From: Felis catus
Taxonomy: Eukaryota
NCBI RefSeq assembly: GCF_018350175.1
Contig: NC_058368.1
Location: 81,842,001 to 81,906,000, forward strand
Reading direction: 5' to 3'
Length of the DNA: 64,000 nucleotides
Made by a program: the position numbers and the translations under genes. Position 1 is the first letter of the stretch, and each line of letters begins with the position of its first letter. The notes under the pieces were generated by a model. It was not told the origin of the DNA and ran no database searches. It worked only from the letters and a program-made list of their open reading frames with translations. Below are positions 37,697 through 51,279 of this stretch, piece after piece.

Positions 37697-37911
37697 GGGG
37701 GCGCCTGGGGTCTCAGTCGGTTAAGCATCCGACTTTGGCTCAGCTCACGATCTCACAGTCCTGAGATTGAGCCCCACGTCGGGCTCTGTGCTGACAGCTT
37801 GGAGCCTGGAGCCTGTTTCAGATTCTGTGTCTCCCTCTCTCTTTGCCCCTCCCCACTTGCACTCTCTCTCTCTCTTTCTCTCTCTCAAAAATAAATAAAA
37901 CATTAAAAAAA
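37697..37911 (+). mobile_element. Can-SINE inserted in an L1 relic
   Basis: ggggcgcctggggtctcagtcggttaagc head; TSD gaaaaatatggtaactg / gaaaaatacgataactg. Confidence 0.92.
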
Positions 37912-38296
37912 GAAAAATACGATAACTGAAGTCAAACCCTGAATCAGTGGGCCCAATACCCCAAGAACCTGCAAACTTGAGGATAAAGCAGTGGAATTTG
38001 GCCCATCTGAACAGGGAGACAATAGACTGGAAGAAAAATGAGCCTCAGGGGCACATGGACTCTCACAGCTGACCTGACCCCGCTGGGGCCGCACAAGGAG
38101 ACAAGACTCAGAACTACCCAAATTTGGCAAAAAACACAAACCCAAATATTTGAGAAGTTGATAGAACCCCAGTTAGAAAAATCCTGCTGAACCATACCAA
38201 GACATCTTGTGGTCGAATGTCTGAAAATTGAAGACAAAGAAAAATAGACCATGCGAAGCACCCAACGGCAATTCGGGACATTGAGTTAGTAGTTTT

Positions 38297-38512
38297 AGGG
38301 GCGCCTGGGTGGCTCAGTCGGTTGAGTGTCCGACTTCAGCTCAGGTCATGATCTCATGGTTCATGGGCTCAGGCCCCATGTCGGGCTCTGTGCTGACAGC
38401 TCAGAGCCTGGAGCCTGCTTCAGATTCTGTGTCTCCCTCTCTCTCTGCCCCTCCCCCGTTCATGCTCTGTCTCTCTGTCAAAAATAAATAAACATTAAAA
38501 AAAATTTTTTTT
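38297..38512 (+). mobile_element. Can-SINE (SINEC_Fc-like)
   Basis: Canonical ggggcgcctgggtggctcagtcggtt head and A-rich tail. Confidence 0.93.
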
Positions 38513-39320
38513 AAGCTCTCCACAGACCTCCAGACCTGAGTGGTTTCACTCAAGAATTCTAACACACATTTAAAGAACCAACATCAATTCTACGCTGTCT
38601 CTTCCAGAAGATAAAATGGAGGCACTTCCTGGTTTGTCTTATGAGGCTAGGATTACGTTGATGCCAAACCCGACAAAGACAGAAAAGGAATCTGCAGACC
38701 AGTATTGCTGGTGAATGTGGACACAAAAGTCCGTAACAAAATATTCGCAAGTAGAGGTCAGCAATGATAAAAATAATTGTTCAGTATGACCAGGGTGAGT
38801 TTGTTGCAGGTGCGAAGGGCTGGTTCAGTATTTCAAGATTTATCAGTAGAATCCACCATAATGGGCCAAAGAAGAAAGCTCAGACCATCATTTCAATCAA
38901 TACAGAAGTATTTGACAAAATTCAACACCTGTTCAGAAAAACAGGAGTATAGGGGAACTTCCTTAACTTGTTAATAAATATCTACAGAGACGCCGACAGC
39001 CAGCGTCACGTTAAAAGGCAAGAACCGCAGTGGCCGTGTGGTCCGGACACGGTGTCGTGTCTGCTCATGGCTCTTAACCTGTGGTGCAGGTCAGGAAAAG
39101 GAAGTACGCAGCATGGAGATTGGGGAGGAACCAACAGTCCCTGTTTACAGTGATTACCTAATTATAAAATCCCAAGGACTCTACAGAAATTCTCCTAGAA
39201 TTAGATGAGTGAGTGTAGCAAGGCTGCAGGATAGAAGATGAACATTCACAGTCAACGGACACATGGACACCAAAAGGAAAAAAATGCGACACCACTTGTA
39301 ATTACTCAAAAGAGACACTA

Positions 39321-39480
39321 GGGGGCGCCTGGGTGACTAAGTTAGTTAAGTGACTGGAATTTGGCTCAGGTCATGTGATCCCATGGTCATGGAGGCTCTG
39401 CTTTGGATTCTGTCTCTCCCTCTGCCACTCTCCCCTGCGCATGCACTTTCTCTCCCTCTCTCTCTCAAAGTGAAAAAACA
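39321..39480 (+). mobile_element. Diverged Can-SINE
   Basis: gggggcgcctgggtgac head and CT-rich body, internally deleted. Confidence 0.8.
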
Positions 39481-40036
39481 AAACTCTTCTGTGCAGGTAA
39501 CAAAATCTGCTCAGGGCTGTGTGCCAGCCCCTGCAGATGCGGATGTGGGGACTCAGAGACCTCGGTGAAGGGACAGCCGCGCTGTGTTCACAAGTCTGAG
39601 GCCGAGCCTAGCACGTCTGTTCTCGCTACAGTGATTAATGCATTCCTAGCAAAATCCCAGAAAGGTTGTTTTGTGGATGTAGGCGACGTGATCCTAAAAT
39701 TTGTATGGAAAGTCGGAGGAGCTAAAATTCTTACAACAATCTCGAGGAGGAAAGAAAAGGAGGAACCAGTGCACTTGCTGTCAAGACATGATTTGCTTCA
39801 TGTGCTGGGACAGTGTGGTGCTGGTGCAGGAGCAGGTGCCAGAGCAGGAGGAACTCGGACCTGCACAAATGAGACCAGCGCACTTTTGGCAAAGATGGGA
39901 AATCAATCAATGGAGGCAAGATTGCCTTTGTAACACATTTGGCTATCAGAGCAATTGGGGACCCGGGGCAAAAACAAAGACTGATCTGAATTTCATACCT
40001 CTTACATAAAGTTAACTCAAAATGTGTTACAGATTT

Positions 40037-40251
40037 AAAAAATTTTTTTGGATGTTTATTTTTGAGAGAGAGAGAGACAGACAGAGCATGAATGGGGAAG
40101 GTCCAGAGAGAGGGAGACACAGTATCTGAAGCAGGCTCCAGGCTCCGGGCTGTCAGCACAGAGCCCAATGCGGGGCTCGAACTCACAGACTGTGAGATCA
40201 TGACCCGAGCCGAAGTCTGACGCTCAACCGACTGAGCCACCCAGGCGTCCC
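40037..40251 (-). mobile_element. Can-SINE inserted in an L1 relic
   Basis: Reverse SINE ending gagccacccaggcgtccc, flanked by degenerate caaaatg...tttaaa duplicates. Confidence 0.92.
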
Positions 40252-41075
40252 AAAATGGGTTCTAGTTTTAAACAAAGTGTGCAACTATAATACTGTTAGA
40301 AGAAACGTAGTAGACAATATTTGGGGTCTAGGAGTACACAAAGAGTTCTCAGACTTGACGCCAAAAACATCCATAAAAGGAGAAATTGGTAAATTAGACT
40401 TTGTCAAAATTAGAAACTTATGCTCTGCAAAGGATGCTGTTCAGAGGGCGGACAGACTAACTGCAGGCTGTGAGAAAGTCTTTGCAGATCACAGAGCTGG
40501 TAAAGGACTAGCGGGTCTCCAAGCTTGCCACACACAGCTATGAATGCAGCTAGGACAGGGGCAGCAGGCCTGAGCAGATACTGGGGTGGGGGAGACAGGC
40601 GTCAGGCCCCAAGCGGAAGGATGCTCAACGCCATCAGCCTTTACAGAAGTGTGAATAGAACCACGAGACACCAGTAGCACCTTCCAGAATGGCTGAAATC
40701 ATAAGTGACAACCTCACAGGCGGGGGAGGATACAGCGAGGCAGAGTCGCCCCTTCACAGCTGGTGGGGCCACAGCAAGGAACGGCCCCTCTGGAAAGCCT
40801 TGCCGGTGTCTGTTAAACCGCGCAGCTGTGCACTCCTGGGACTTTATCCCCAGAGAGGAAAACATTTACACAGATTCATGCACGTGAATGTTGATGTTAG
40901 TTTTATTTGTAATAGCCCCAAACTGGAAAGAACGCTGATGTCCTTTGATGGGTGAACAGTTAGGAAAAACTGTGGTCTGTCCGCACAGACGTGGTCTGTG
41001 AGCATTAGCTGCGGCAACACAAAGGATCTCCAGAGAATCAGGCTGAGTGAGGAGAGCCCGTCCCCAGCATCACGG

Positions 41076-41440
41076 ACAGACTTGCCTCAGACACACGGTT
41101 CCGGCTCACGCCGTCCCGGTGAGGCGGATGCCACAGCAAAGTGACTCAAGTGAACTTCGCCAGTGGATATAAACGTGCTATTTACACTACCTGTTAAGCG
41201 TGCAGGAGTGTTACATCTAAAAAACGTACCTTAATTAAATACTTAACTGCTAAAAGATGCTAACCGTCATCTGAGCTGTGATCCCTAATCACACATCACC
41301 ATAACCAACAGGATGAAAAAGCTCAAAATGTGGAGAGAATGACCAAATGCGACACAGGTACAAAGGGAGCCCATTCTGGTTGGAAAAGTGGCTCAGACCT
41401 TCCACCTGTAAACAGGCAGCATCTGCGACCATGCCTGTCT
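41076..41440 (+). mobile_element. Tigger2/MER28-like DNA transposon relic
   Basis: taccttaattaaatactt...tgctaaaagatgctaaccgtcatctgagc...gaatgaccaaatgcgacacag...gttggaaaagtggc resembles the recalled Tigger2a consensus. Confidence 0.65.
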
Positions 41441-44400
41441 GCGCGACTGCGTTTCTAGAACACAGTTATGGAAGTGGGGAACAAAGCAGTGGCTGCCAGG
41501 GGCTCAGAGCGGAGCGGGAAGGAGGCAGGTGTGTGTGTCAAGGGACTCCGAGTCCGCGCGGAGATGGGACTTGTCTGTTGACTGTATCTGTGTTGGCATC
41601 TGCGCTGTGACGTCTACCTGGTTTTGCACGTTGTAACCGTCAGGAGGGAAGAGCACGTGGGATCTCTCTGGATTATTTCTTACAAATGCATGGGAAGCTA
41701 CGATCACCTAAAAATAATAATAATAATAACCCTCAGCCCTACTCACGCACCGCCGACTAGCGCACGCTCAGATGCCACATTGGGAGGCTCTCGACAGTTC
41801 GTAGAATCAGGTCTGAAGTGGGAGGACTGTAGCTGGCTCTGACCTTGACTGGCTAAAAATAAATTATTTGCCACAGATTTGCAGGTCCAGATGGAAACGC
41901 GTAAAGAGCTGTCCAGGTGGTTAACTCAATTTGACCTTGCCGTTGAGCCCTGGAAAATACTGACTCTAAGTTAAGGCTTGAGTAAATGGCATTTCTACAG
42001 TTAAATCATGCATGTTTAAACGTTCAGCACCAAGGGAAGGAAGGCAGAAGGCGACTGACCGACCCCGCGGTGAGAGCTGGGCTGCCGTTGCCTTCCTGTC
42101 CTCCCTGTGGAGCGTCAGCTGGAGGGGTGGAGTAAGCCCACACCAGGCCCGCCTCTCCCCTGCCCAGGCGGCCCGCGCCCCTGCCTGTGGTGGCAGCTGC
42201 TGCATACACATGCCCAGCCCCCTGGTTGTCTTCTGGGGACGTCCACAATGACGCAGGAACCCTGCTGACCATGTCCCTGTAAGGGAACAAGGAGGGGGTC
42301 CCCACTTTGTCTAAAATGCTCAAGTGCCCAGCATGCCGGCTCCAGGTCCTTGGGGCGCAGGACAGCCCCCCACTCTGCAGGGCCTGAACCACTGTGCCTC
42401 CCTCTGACCGTTTTAGGTATTTTGTAGATTGTGTGGGGCACATCTGAGGGCAAGAATCTGAAAAGGTAAGATTAAATCAAATTTAAGTTCGTTACTATTA
42501 ATCTTCGAAACTAAGTAATAAACCAACTTCCTAATTATAAATTGGCGTGTTCTAGTGTTTACTGTTTTGGGCGGAAGTCACACAAAGTGAGAACATAAAC
42601 AGTTGCCTGCGTCAGAGCTGGGGCGGCGCGGTGCTACGGCTCCCCAGAGGCCGCGTTATCGTCCCATCAGCGGCTCTATTGTTAGCAGTTTCCCTTCTGA
42701 TAAATGTCAGATCCACCGGCCAGAGACCAGAACGGGCACTGGGTGTGGGACGACAGCTACGTGCCTGTTTGGGGAATAGACGCTGTTTTCACCAAGACCA
42801 GCTGGTACTTCGGGGTTCCGGGTGACCTGGGCTGCCCTGGGCTGACGCCCCACGCACCCGTCTTGGCGAGAGCGGACAGCACCCAGGCTTCGTTGCAAGC
42901 CCCTTTCGGAACGTTTCTGGTGAGCCGGAAGGTACATTTCAGCTCTGATTTCCTGTAGGAACGTGGTGGACGGTTGCCTTCGGACCCTGGAAGTTACAGG
43001 CGTTCTGGCCACGGGTCTGTCTCCTTCAGAGAATATGACCACCGTGTGCAGGGGGCGGGGAGCTCTGACCACAGGGTTCTGCCTCTGCAGAGCCATGAAC
43101 AAAGTTCAAAATCAGGTCTCACCTGCCGTGGCCCCTGGATGCCCTGCCCCGGTCCAGCCACGGGGGACTGATGTGATCCCTGCCCCCGTGTCAGCCCCAT
43201 GCATCCGACCCGGTGTCCCCAGGGCCCAGCAGGGCCGGGTGAGCTGGGCCAGAGGCTTCGGGTGCTCTCCCCTGACACTCTCCAGCTCTGAACGGTGCCC
43301 TGTTTGGCATAAGCAAGGGCCCCACTTAAGTTTGCGTCCATCCTGAACTTTCCCGCATTTGTCTCCCCGCCCAGCGGGAAGGTGAGGGCCCCGAAGGAGG
43401 GGCCACCCCCCCACCATCCTGCACACATTTCCCAGGCCTCAAACCTCAAAGTGCACAGCTGGCCAGGCCTTGTTGCCAGATCTCGGGGGGCCACCCCACG
43501 CAGCCCCCGCTAACACCTCCCAGAGGTGGGAAGGTGGCCAGGCCGCTGCTCCGTGAAGAGGTAGCCCTTCCCCCATCCCGCAGACGTCCAGGCACCCACA
43601 CCAGTCGCGTTCTCACGAGGGTGCTTGGCGCTCCATGCCTCACCAAGGTGTCCAGCCCCAGAACAGAAGGAAGTCCTGCCACTCAAGGCCACCCTGATGA
43701 ACCTGGAGGACCTCTTGCTGGGACAAGACAGAGAAGGACCAGTGGCCACCCAGTCCGGCTGGGAGCTGCACCCAACAGTCACTGTTGAGGAAGCGGGTGG
43801 TGACAGGGGCTGCCGGGAGGGGAGGGCACGACCAACGGGCGTATGGAATGTTCTAGAGGTCCGCTCTACAGCACTGCCTGACTCAAGCACGCCGTTCTGT
43901 GTGCCTGGAGGCCTCTGTCCCTGGGAACTGTTCCCGGCACACACAAGGCCCAGGAGGCTCCCGGAGGCAAGTGTGCATCTGTGACCTTGGTAGAGGGGCG
44001 CCTCACGGCGTTTGCCAAGTCCAGACTCACCGCAGTGAATGGGTGCGGATCTCTGTGTATCGATTATACCTCGATAAAGTACTTAAACCTTGAAACCAAA
44101 GGAAAAACGTGGGCCCGCCCTTACTTTGTATCCTCTGTGTTCTGCCTCATTTTCCTGCTGACTCAGGCGTCCTCGGGGCCGAACGGAGGGTAATTCCCCC
44201 AAATGACCGCTCTCCGTGGGCTGAGCCTGGGAGTGCCCCTCGGGGTGACTCTCCAAGTCTCATTCTTGGAGGGTGGGCTGCGCTTTGGGAGAGGGGCTGG
44301 CGGCCTCTCCTGTGCTCTGTGTGGTCCTTGAAGGGTGGGCATGCTGTTCACGCTATCTGCAGACAGCAGGGGCTTGTATTTGCTGGTTTGCTGTGTGGGG

Positions 44401-46469
44401 AGGAAAGCGGTCCTGTGCTGTCACAGCTTCCCGCTGTCACCTGCGTGGGGCCCGGGCCAGTGCCTGGCTCAGGGCCTCAGAATGGGGACGTGGCCAGGAC
44501 CTGGGCCTCTCAGGACAGATGCTGGGGGCCCCACATTAAAGCTGCCCGAGGTGGAAGGAGAGGTGGGGACGGGGAACCCTGTTGGGAGCACATAGGCAGG
44601 CTGGCCTTCCTCGGAAGCAAAGCGCCATGGAGATGAGGGTCTTGTGTGTTGTCAGTGTTGTGTCCCCGGCACGTGACCTGTGACACGTGGTAAGGGCTCC
44701 CTTACGAATCGGGTAAGGGGATAAATATGTGAGAACAGCAAACCTCGAGTCTGTCGCGGTCTCACGGGCCAGGGTGGGGAGAGTCACAAACAGGGGCTGA
44801 GACACGGGGACACAGAGTTAGTGGGATGGGCTCTTTCTGGGGTCCTTCCTGGATCTTACAGTCTGGCTCTCCGAGTGTACTGGCTAATAATCGTCGAGCG
44901 TTTGCCGCTTGTCAGGCACCATTCTACCCATTGATGCGCTACCAGTGACGTAGGCAGTGTGTGACCCCTGTTTTATGGATGGGGAAACTGAGTCACTTCT
45001 CAAGGTCACCACCTAGTCAGGGGCAGGCTGAACCCACCAACTGACCCCGGAACGCAGGCCCTGTGCCGCACTGCTGGGCAGAGTCTCCGGGAGGCGTCAC
45101 CATCACCAAAACCAGTGCTCACCGAATGTGACTGTCACCCTGCAGGCCCAGGGTCCTCCCTGCTGGCATATGGCTATGCACACACATCCTGACTGGGTGG
45201 GCCTCTTACATCTATATATCCAGAACGTCCCCAGACACTTTGGAGAATAAAACCAGCGCAGTTGCCAGAATTGAGTCCATATGTTGCGTCGTGACCCAGA
45301 GGGAGTGAAGCCAGGTCCCCTTAAGGCCAATGGTATTTTTTCTCTGGTTTCATTTGGTTTCTTAGAAAGTATTTGTAGGAGCAGAGTCCAGATGCCAGAG
45401 TATATTGATTTATTTTTCCTACTTCCCGGGAGGCATGATTACCAAGGAACCCAAATCGGCAAATCCAAGCAGTGAGAGGCGCTGGCGCTGTGAGGCCTGG
45501 GCCCAGGTGGGTCCCGGGAGGCCCCCGGGTGAGGCCCAGCACAGCCCCTGCTTTAGAGGCACACGCTGGGCTGATTGTCTCCAGGCCACTGCTGCCGTTT
45601 TACTTCCTACCCATGAGGCAGAAATGGCTCATGCCTGTGCCGTCCCTTCTCGTGCCCTCGAGGTGCAGAAGCAGCCAGCACTGGTGGCCGGGTCTCCCTC
45701 TCAGGGAGGGGGGCGGCTCTGCGTCCTGCTGTCTGCCTGTGACACCACAGCATCCTGTGCCCGCGGTCCTGCTTGGCTCTGCCTCGCCCGGGGCCTCGTC
45801 CAAGGGGCTGGTCCTCCCTGAGGACAGCCGGTGGCTCCCACGGGGTGGGTATGCGGCCCGGCAGCCGGAGGCTGCCGGAACTCCCGGGGCGGCTCACGGA
45901 ACAACGGAAGGAGACAGAAGAAGGAAACCGGCCGCTGCTTCCTCAACTCACAGCTGTTAAACACATTCTCCTCATTTCGGTCGGTTCACCCCCTTGGTGC
46001 TGTTTCCTCGCGATGAGAGCGGAAACGTTCTCCAGGCGCGGACGCGGGCAGGTGGGGCGTCAACAGCCAACAAGTGAACATGCAGTGTCGGCACACACCT
46101 CGCCGTGCAGGACGACGTCACACTGCAGTCACCTGGTTATTCACGACGCTCCCCGTCAAGGCTGTAAAATCAAACTTCAAATGTCAGGAACAGACAGGCA
46201 GACTACGGGGTTTTCTGAATAATCACGAGGGTCTCCACGCTGCCAGGTGAAGGTTGAATGTTCAGCCCGTGGGGCAGTCGGGGCAGCAGACGCATTTGTG
46301 GGCACGAGGAAGGCGCTTCCCCCTGACCCTCGGGGTTTGTAGGAGGCCTGTGCGTGCTCGCCCGTCTGGGGCCCCACGTCTGCTGTTGGCCTTTTGTGGG
46401 GGCCCCGAGACCTCACACTGGGTGGCTTCCTCTCTGCAGCAAGGGCTTCTGGGCTGGCGCACGTGGCCC

Positions 46470-46830
46470 CATTACTTTCCTCTTGCCGCCGTAACAGATG
46501 ACCACAGAGCCTTAGAGGGCACACACGTATCATTCTCCAGCTCTGGAGACCAGGAGTCCCAGACCAAGGTGGGGGCGGGGCTCGTTCCTCCTGAGGCCCC
46601 GTGAGAGGCCACTTTCGGGCCTTGTCTGCGTTTCTTGGCGGTGGCGCCACATCGCCCCATCCTCTGGGGCTGTGGCACATCCCTTCCCTGCCGTGGGGAC
46701 CCTGGGATACATCCAGCCCCCCCCCCCTCAGTGACCCAGGACAGTCTCCCGGTCTCAAGATCCTCAGCCAGTCTCACCTCCAAAGTCCCCTTGTCCACTC
46801 AGGGTAACTCATCCGCGGGTTCTGAGGACG
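46470..46830. mobile_element. MaLR (MLT1-type) solo LTR relic
   Basis: gccgccgtaacagatgaccaca...cagctctggagaccaggagtcc...ccaaggtg...gttcctcctgaggc motif series. Confidence 0.7.
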
Positions 46831-47189
46831 AGAAAACAAGGATGTCCCTCATCCTGCTCTCTGTGGTGCTTTCTCGGTCACCTCAGGCTTGAGTTTGCTG
46901 GCTCTTCTGTGCACACTGTGGTGACAGCTGGGGTGGGGACCCCATTTACATGTGGACCCCACATTTACAGAGGAGCCCACTGCTGTTTGGGGTAACATGG
47001 TGAGGGCCCGTGGGCTGCTTCTGCAGAGCCCCAGCGATGGTCCAGTTCTCTCTGCTCCCCTTCTTCTCCTCACGGGGAGCCTGAGTCTCCCAGCCTCCCT
47101 GCCCTCCACATGTGCCCCGGTGACACATGTGACAGTGCTTCTGAAGGAGTTTCAGGTAGTTTCATTGTCATCGGAACAAAGTGTCTGTA

Positions 47190-47490
47190 GGCGCTGATGT
47201 GTTCTCAACGTCGTGTCCCCCAAGTCCACATGCAGAAATCCAAACCCCCAAGGAGATGGTGTCTGGAGATGTGTAGGGCGAGGGTAGAGCCCCCCAGTGA
47301 CCCCGGTGTCCACGTGATGGAGACCCCGGAGCACTCCCTTGTCTGCCCCCACGTGAGCACACAGCGGGACGGCCCCAGAAAGCGGACCTCACCGGAACCC
47401 GGGAACCTGACCGTGCAGGCACCTTGATCCTGGATTTGCAGGCTCCGGGGCCGTGAGACATCAGCGTCTGCGGTGCTCACTCCCAGCAGC
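47190..47490. mobile_element. MaLR (MLT1-type) LTR relic, opposite orientation to 46470-46830
   Basis: tgtcccccaagtccacatg...gcaccttgatcctggatttgcaggctcc...gtgagaca motif series. Confidence 0.65.
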
Positions 47491-48699
47491 CTCAGTGGAG
47501 AAAGGCAGCAAGTGACAGTATAAAGTTGTTCCTTGACACTGTTCACTGCTTTCCACCTGAATGCCTGTTTGCCACGTGAATCTTTCTGACTTAGAGGCTG
47601 GCTTGGCCCTTGAGATGATGCACAGGCTGATGCCCCCAAGAGATTTGTCCAGAGCTCAGCTTCGGTGGGGGGGAGCAGGGCTGGACCCGAGTCTGTTGAC
47701 ATAGACAGGACGTGAGGAAGCCAGCGCCCGGGGTCCCCCGAGTGGCTCTGCCCTGTGTGTCTGCAGTGGGACCGTGGCCCCTCCTATTCTCAGAACCGGC
47801 TGAATAGGGGTTTCGAGGGCTCACCCCTTCCTCAGGAAGGCTCCCGCGGTGACCCGCCTCCCGGCCACTCAGACTCCAGAAGTTTTATTTTCCAGGTAGG
47901 ATCTTTCCAGAAGGTCACTCCTTCTGGTCACAGGGTCCTGGTCCAATGGGTTAGTGGTCCTTTATGGTCTGCTGGGTGATTGCAGTGAATTTCCCCCGGG
48001 AGTTACAACACGCGTGTCCCATCCTGGCTCCGGCATGAACTGGTGCCCTGACTGGCGCACACACTGAGTTTTGTGTTTCCTCTCAGGATTCACGACGGTT
48101 TTACAAGGTGACCATCGCCAAGTCCGCCGCTCACGCCCAGGGAGCTGGGCTTTCCTCCTGAGCCCTCCTGCCCCCTCCTGCCCCCGCTCCCTGGACCCTT
48201 GCTGGACGGAGCGGAGGGTGCCTTGGTGACACTTTATTCTGACCCCGAAATTGTCATGTTTGGTCATTTTGTTTCCTGGGCCCAGTCCTGTCCGCGTACA
48301 CACTCAGCCTCCCTCTCCTCCTGCCCCACCCGGGGCCGCAGGGAAGGGGGCCCGCTCCCGGCTCACTGCCCTCCCTCCCACTTCTTCCCTGTGGGAGCAG
48401 GGCGGGGAGGCCCGTGGGCACACACACCTGCACACACGTGTGCACTCACCTGCCGGGCCACATCCCGGGTCTTATCGGTGCTGCCTTGTGGGGCCCCCGA
48501 GTGCTGGTGGTCCGGCCCTGACCCTCCGATGCCGGCTCGCTGGTGTAGACCTGTCTTCTCCAGACGTTGGCAATAGGGGCTCTTAGCTCCTTTCAGAGGT
48601 TCGCCTTTGTCACCATCTCCCATGGCTGCCCTCTCCCCCATGCTGTACTGAGACACAGTGGACACACGGCCACTGAATGAGGGGAAAGTGCACGTGGTG

Positions 48700-49440
48700 A
48701 TGGTTCGACAGAGGCATGTGCCCGGAGTGGTCACAGTGAGGTTAGTTACCACACATCATGTCACGTAGTTACCAGTTCTGTCTCGTGGTGAGAACCAGTC
48801 TTCCAATGTGTAACGCAGGGTCGTGTCTGTGGCCGTCTCTCTGCACCTTAGGGCCCCAGAACTTCGCTTTCTCACTGGAAGTTCGTACCCTTGAACAACA
48901 GCCCCCACCCCGCCCCCCGGAAGCCGCCATTCTGCTCCGTCTCTGAGCTCAGCGCTTTTAGATTCCACATACAAGTGACCAAATGCAGTACTTGTCTTCC
49001 TCCGACATATTTCACTGAGCCTGGTGCCCCTCGGGCTCCACCCCCTGGTTGCAGATGGCGGGGTTCCTCCATTTTCATGAGCGACAGCCCGCCGTGTGTC
49101 CAGCCACCTTTACCCACTCCCCCACCTCCTCCGTCAGTGGACACTTGGGCTGTTCCAGGTCTTGGCTTTTGTGAACGACGCCCCTGTGAGCATGGGGCAC
49201 ACAGATCTCTTTGAGTTGCTGTTCTTTCTTTAGGTCCGTTCGTAGGAGTAGCATAGCTGGATTCTAGGCTAGTTTCCTTTTTGGTTCTTTGAGGACGCTC
49301 CACACTGATGTCCACAGTGGCTGCACCGGTGGGCATTCCCACGGTGCACAGAGGTCCCCCTTCTCCACGGCCAGCCAACACCTGTTATCTCTTATCTCCT
49401 TGGTAAAAGCCATTCTGACAGGTGTGAGGTGGCTTCCCCA
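48700..49440 (-). mobile_element. L1 3' end (antisense)
   Basis: tagattccacatacaagtga, gtggacacttgggctgttcca, ctccacactg, gccattctgacaggtgtgaggtgg are typical antisense L1 3' motifs. Confidence 0.8.
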
Positions 49441-49989
49441 ATGGTCCAACCAGTGGTGTTGGGCACACGGTCGGTCACAGCTGGCCCCTCTCACGGTGCC
49501 CCCCGGGGAATCCTGCCTGGCATATTATGCCTGTTCTGTACTGTGTTTGGTCCAGGGTTGGAAGAAAGGTAGCTGGTGTGGGTATCATCCTGAGCGCTGG
49601 TGGGGATGCTGCTGGGCTCAGAGGGCTGGAGACCCAGGTCATGGGTCTGCAACCCATGGTCGTGAGGTGCTTGGGCCAGACTGAGAACCCTGAGGACCTC
49701 AGGCCCCTCCCCTCCCTCCAGGCCCCACCCCTCCTCTGGTCACAGGACCCTACAGGGCCCTTCAGCTCCTCCTTCAGGGAAGCCTGTTGCCACCCCGCTG
49801 ACACTGGGCTCGAGCTGTGTGTCTCTGCTGCTAGAAGCTTAGTTTCACCTGTCTCTGAATTTGGTGTAAATGGAGTTCCTTTTTGTGTATTTGCAACTTG
49901 CTGTTGTAGTTAGGTTACTGAGTGGTTTCCCGTTGTGACCGGGGAACCCCTCGGTTCTCCATTTGCTGTAGTGGTGTGCTGCTCTCAGA

Positions 49990-50232
49990 CTCCCACCCCT
50001 TCCTGGCGCCCCTCCTCCTCCCCCCCACCCCCGCCAATACCCCTCCACCTGCACTCCCTCCCTTCTCCTCCCCCTTTCTTTATCCCTCCCCTCTCCCCCT
50101 CCCCTTCCACGCCCTCCCTCCCCTCCTCCCTTCTTTATCCCCTCCCCTCCCTTCCTCTCCCCCATGCTCCCTCTCCCTTCACTTCTCCCCCCACCCCTGT
50201 CTCTGCCCCCTCCCTCCCCTCCCCTCCCCTCT
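49990..50232. repeat. Polypyrimidine (C/T) low-complexity tract
   Basis: About 240 bp almost entirely C/T (ccctcc motifs). Confidence 0.9.
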
Positions 50233-51074
50233 GTGCTGCTGTAAGCTGCCTACCACAGACATGGGTGTGCATGTACCAGAGCACACAGCTGGAACAGGGC
50301 TTACCCGTATCCTGGACTCTGTCCTGTGGCCTCACATCAGTTCCCCAGGGGATCCGTTGTTCCCCAGCCACCATAAGGATGTGTGTCCTTGTTAGTGGCT
50401 GGCCCTACACAGAGTGTAAGCCCCTCAGGGGCAGGGAGCCCCCCTGCCTAGCTCAGCCCCGCCCTGCCCAGAGAGTAGTTGTTCAGAAGCAGCTGGTGGC
50501 CCTGCTCCAGGAGGCTGCATCTGCCCCACACCCCAGCTCCAGAGCCAGGCTGTGCTGTTAGCGATTGTGGATTTCTTCAGAACCTTCCTTCCAAGTCCCC
50601 CCTCTCCCCATGCTGCCCCCTTGACGTGGGACAAGGCAGCACGGGAGGTATGTGCGTCCTCAGTCTCCAGGGCTGTGCTCACTTCCAGCCATGCTCCCCC
50701 CTCCCCTCAGAGCTTCCCCCTCCTCAGGAGGGCGGGCTCCCCAGGGCTCCTGTTTCGGGCTAACTTTCCGGAACGGTTGCTAAGCGGATGTGTTCTGTAT
50801 CCAGGTGTAACATTACCTCTGCCTTCCCACCTGGGCACCGTGTGGCCTCATGGGGCCCGGAACAGCCCTGTCCTGTTTCTCCTTTCTGGGAGGGGGCAAG
50901 ACAGTGATAGAAAGCAGGCCCGTGCCCTTGGGACACAGGGGTGAAGGATCTTCTGCAGTATTGGGCTTGGGACCCTCCCTCCCTAATTGTCCCTTATTTA
51001 CTCTAAGGGACTTTGGGGATGGCATTCTAGTTGGGATGTGACAGGGTTTCCATAAAGCAAACACTCATTTGTGC

Positions 51075-51200
51075 ATCTGCCACTTCACAGCTGTGTGACC
51101 CTAGCCAGGTCACTGAGCCTTTCTGTGCCTCGTCCTATAAAACAGGGTGAAGACAGTGCCACCTGTCTGTGATGCCTAAAGGGGTTCACGTCCTTAAAGA
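51075..51200. mobile_element. MIR core relic
   Basis: ctgccactt...gctgtgtgacc...gtcactgagcctttctgtgcctc...tataaaacaggg. Confidence 0.55.
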
Positions 51201-51279
51201 GATTGGAGAGTCCCTGGAGCTGGGTTTGGGGACAGTGTCACTATTGTTATTCTTCAATCAGATATGAAGTGATTTTTAT

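Larger units (their letters stand above)
37560..41720 (+). mobile_element. Old fragmented LINE-1 (ORF1/ORF2/3'UTR relics), interrupted by SINEs and a Tigger
   Basis: A-rich L1-like motifs such as ataccaagacatc...gaagacaaagaaaaa, tggtttcact...gaattctaac, tttgacaaaattcaacac, ttagactttgtcaaaattagaaactt, ttatttgtaatagccccaaactggaa. No intact ORF. Confidence 0.8.

Noticed and set aside
286..40251. tRNA-like heads (ggggcgcctgggtggctcagtcgg...) and recurring MAQSV... ORFs
   Set aside because: These are tRNA-derived Can-SINE heads, not tRNA genes or proteins.
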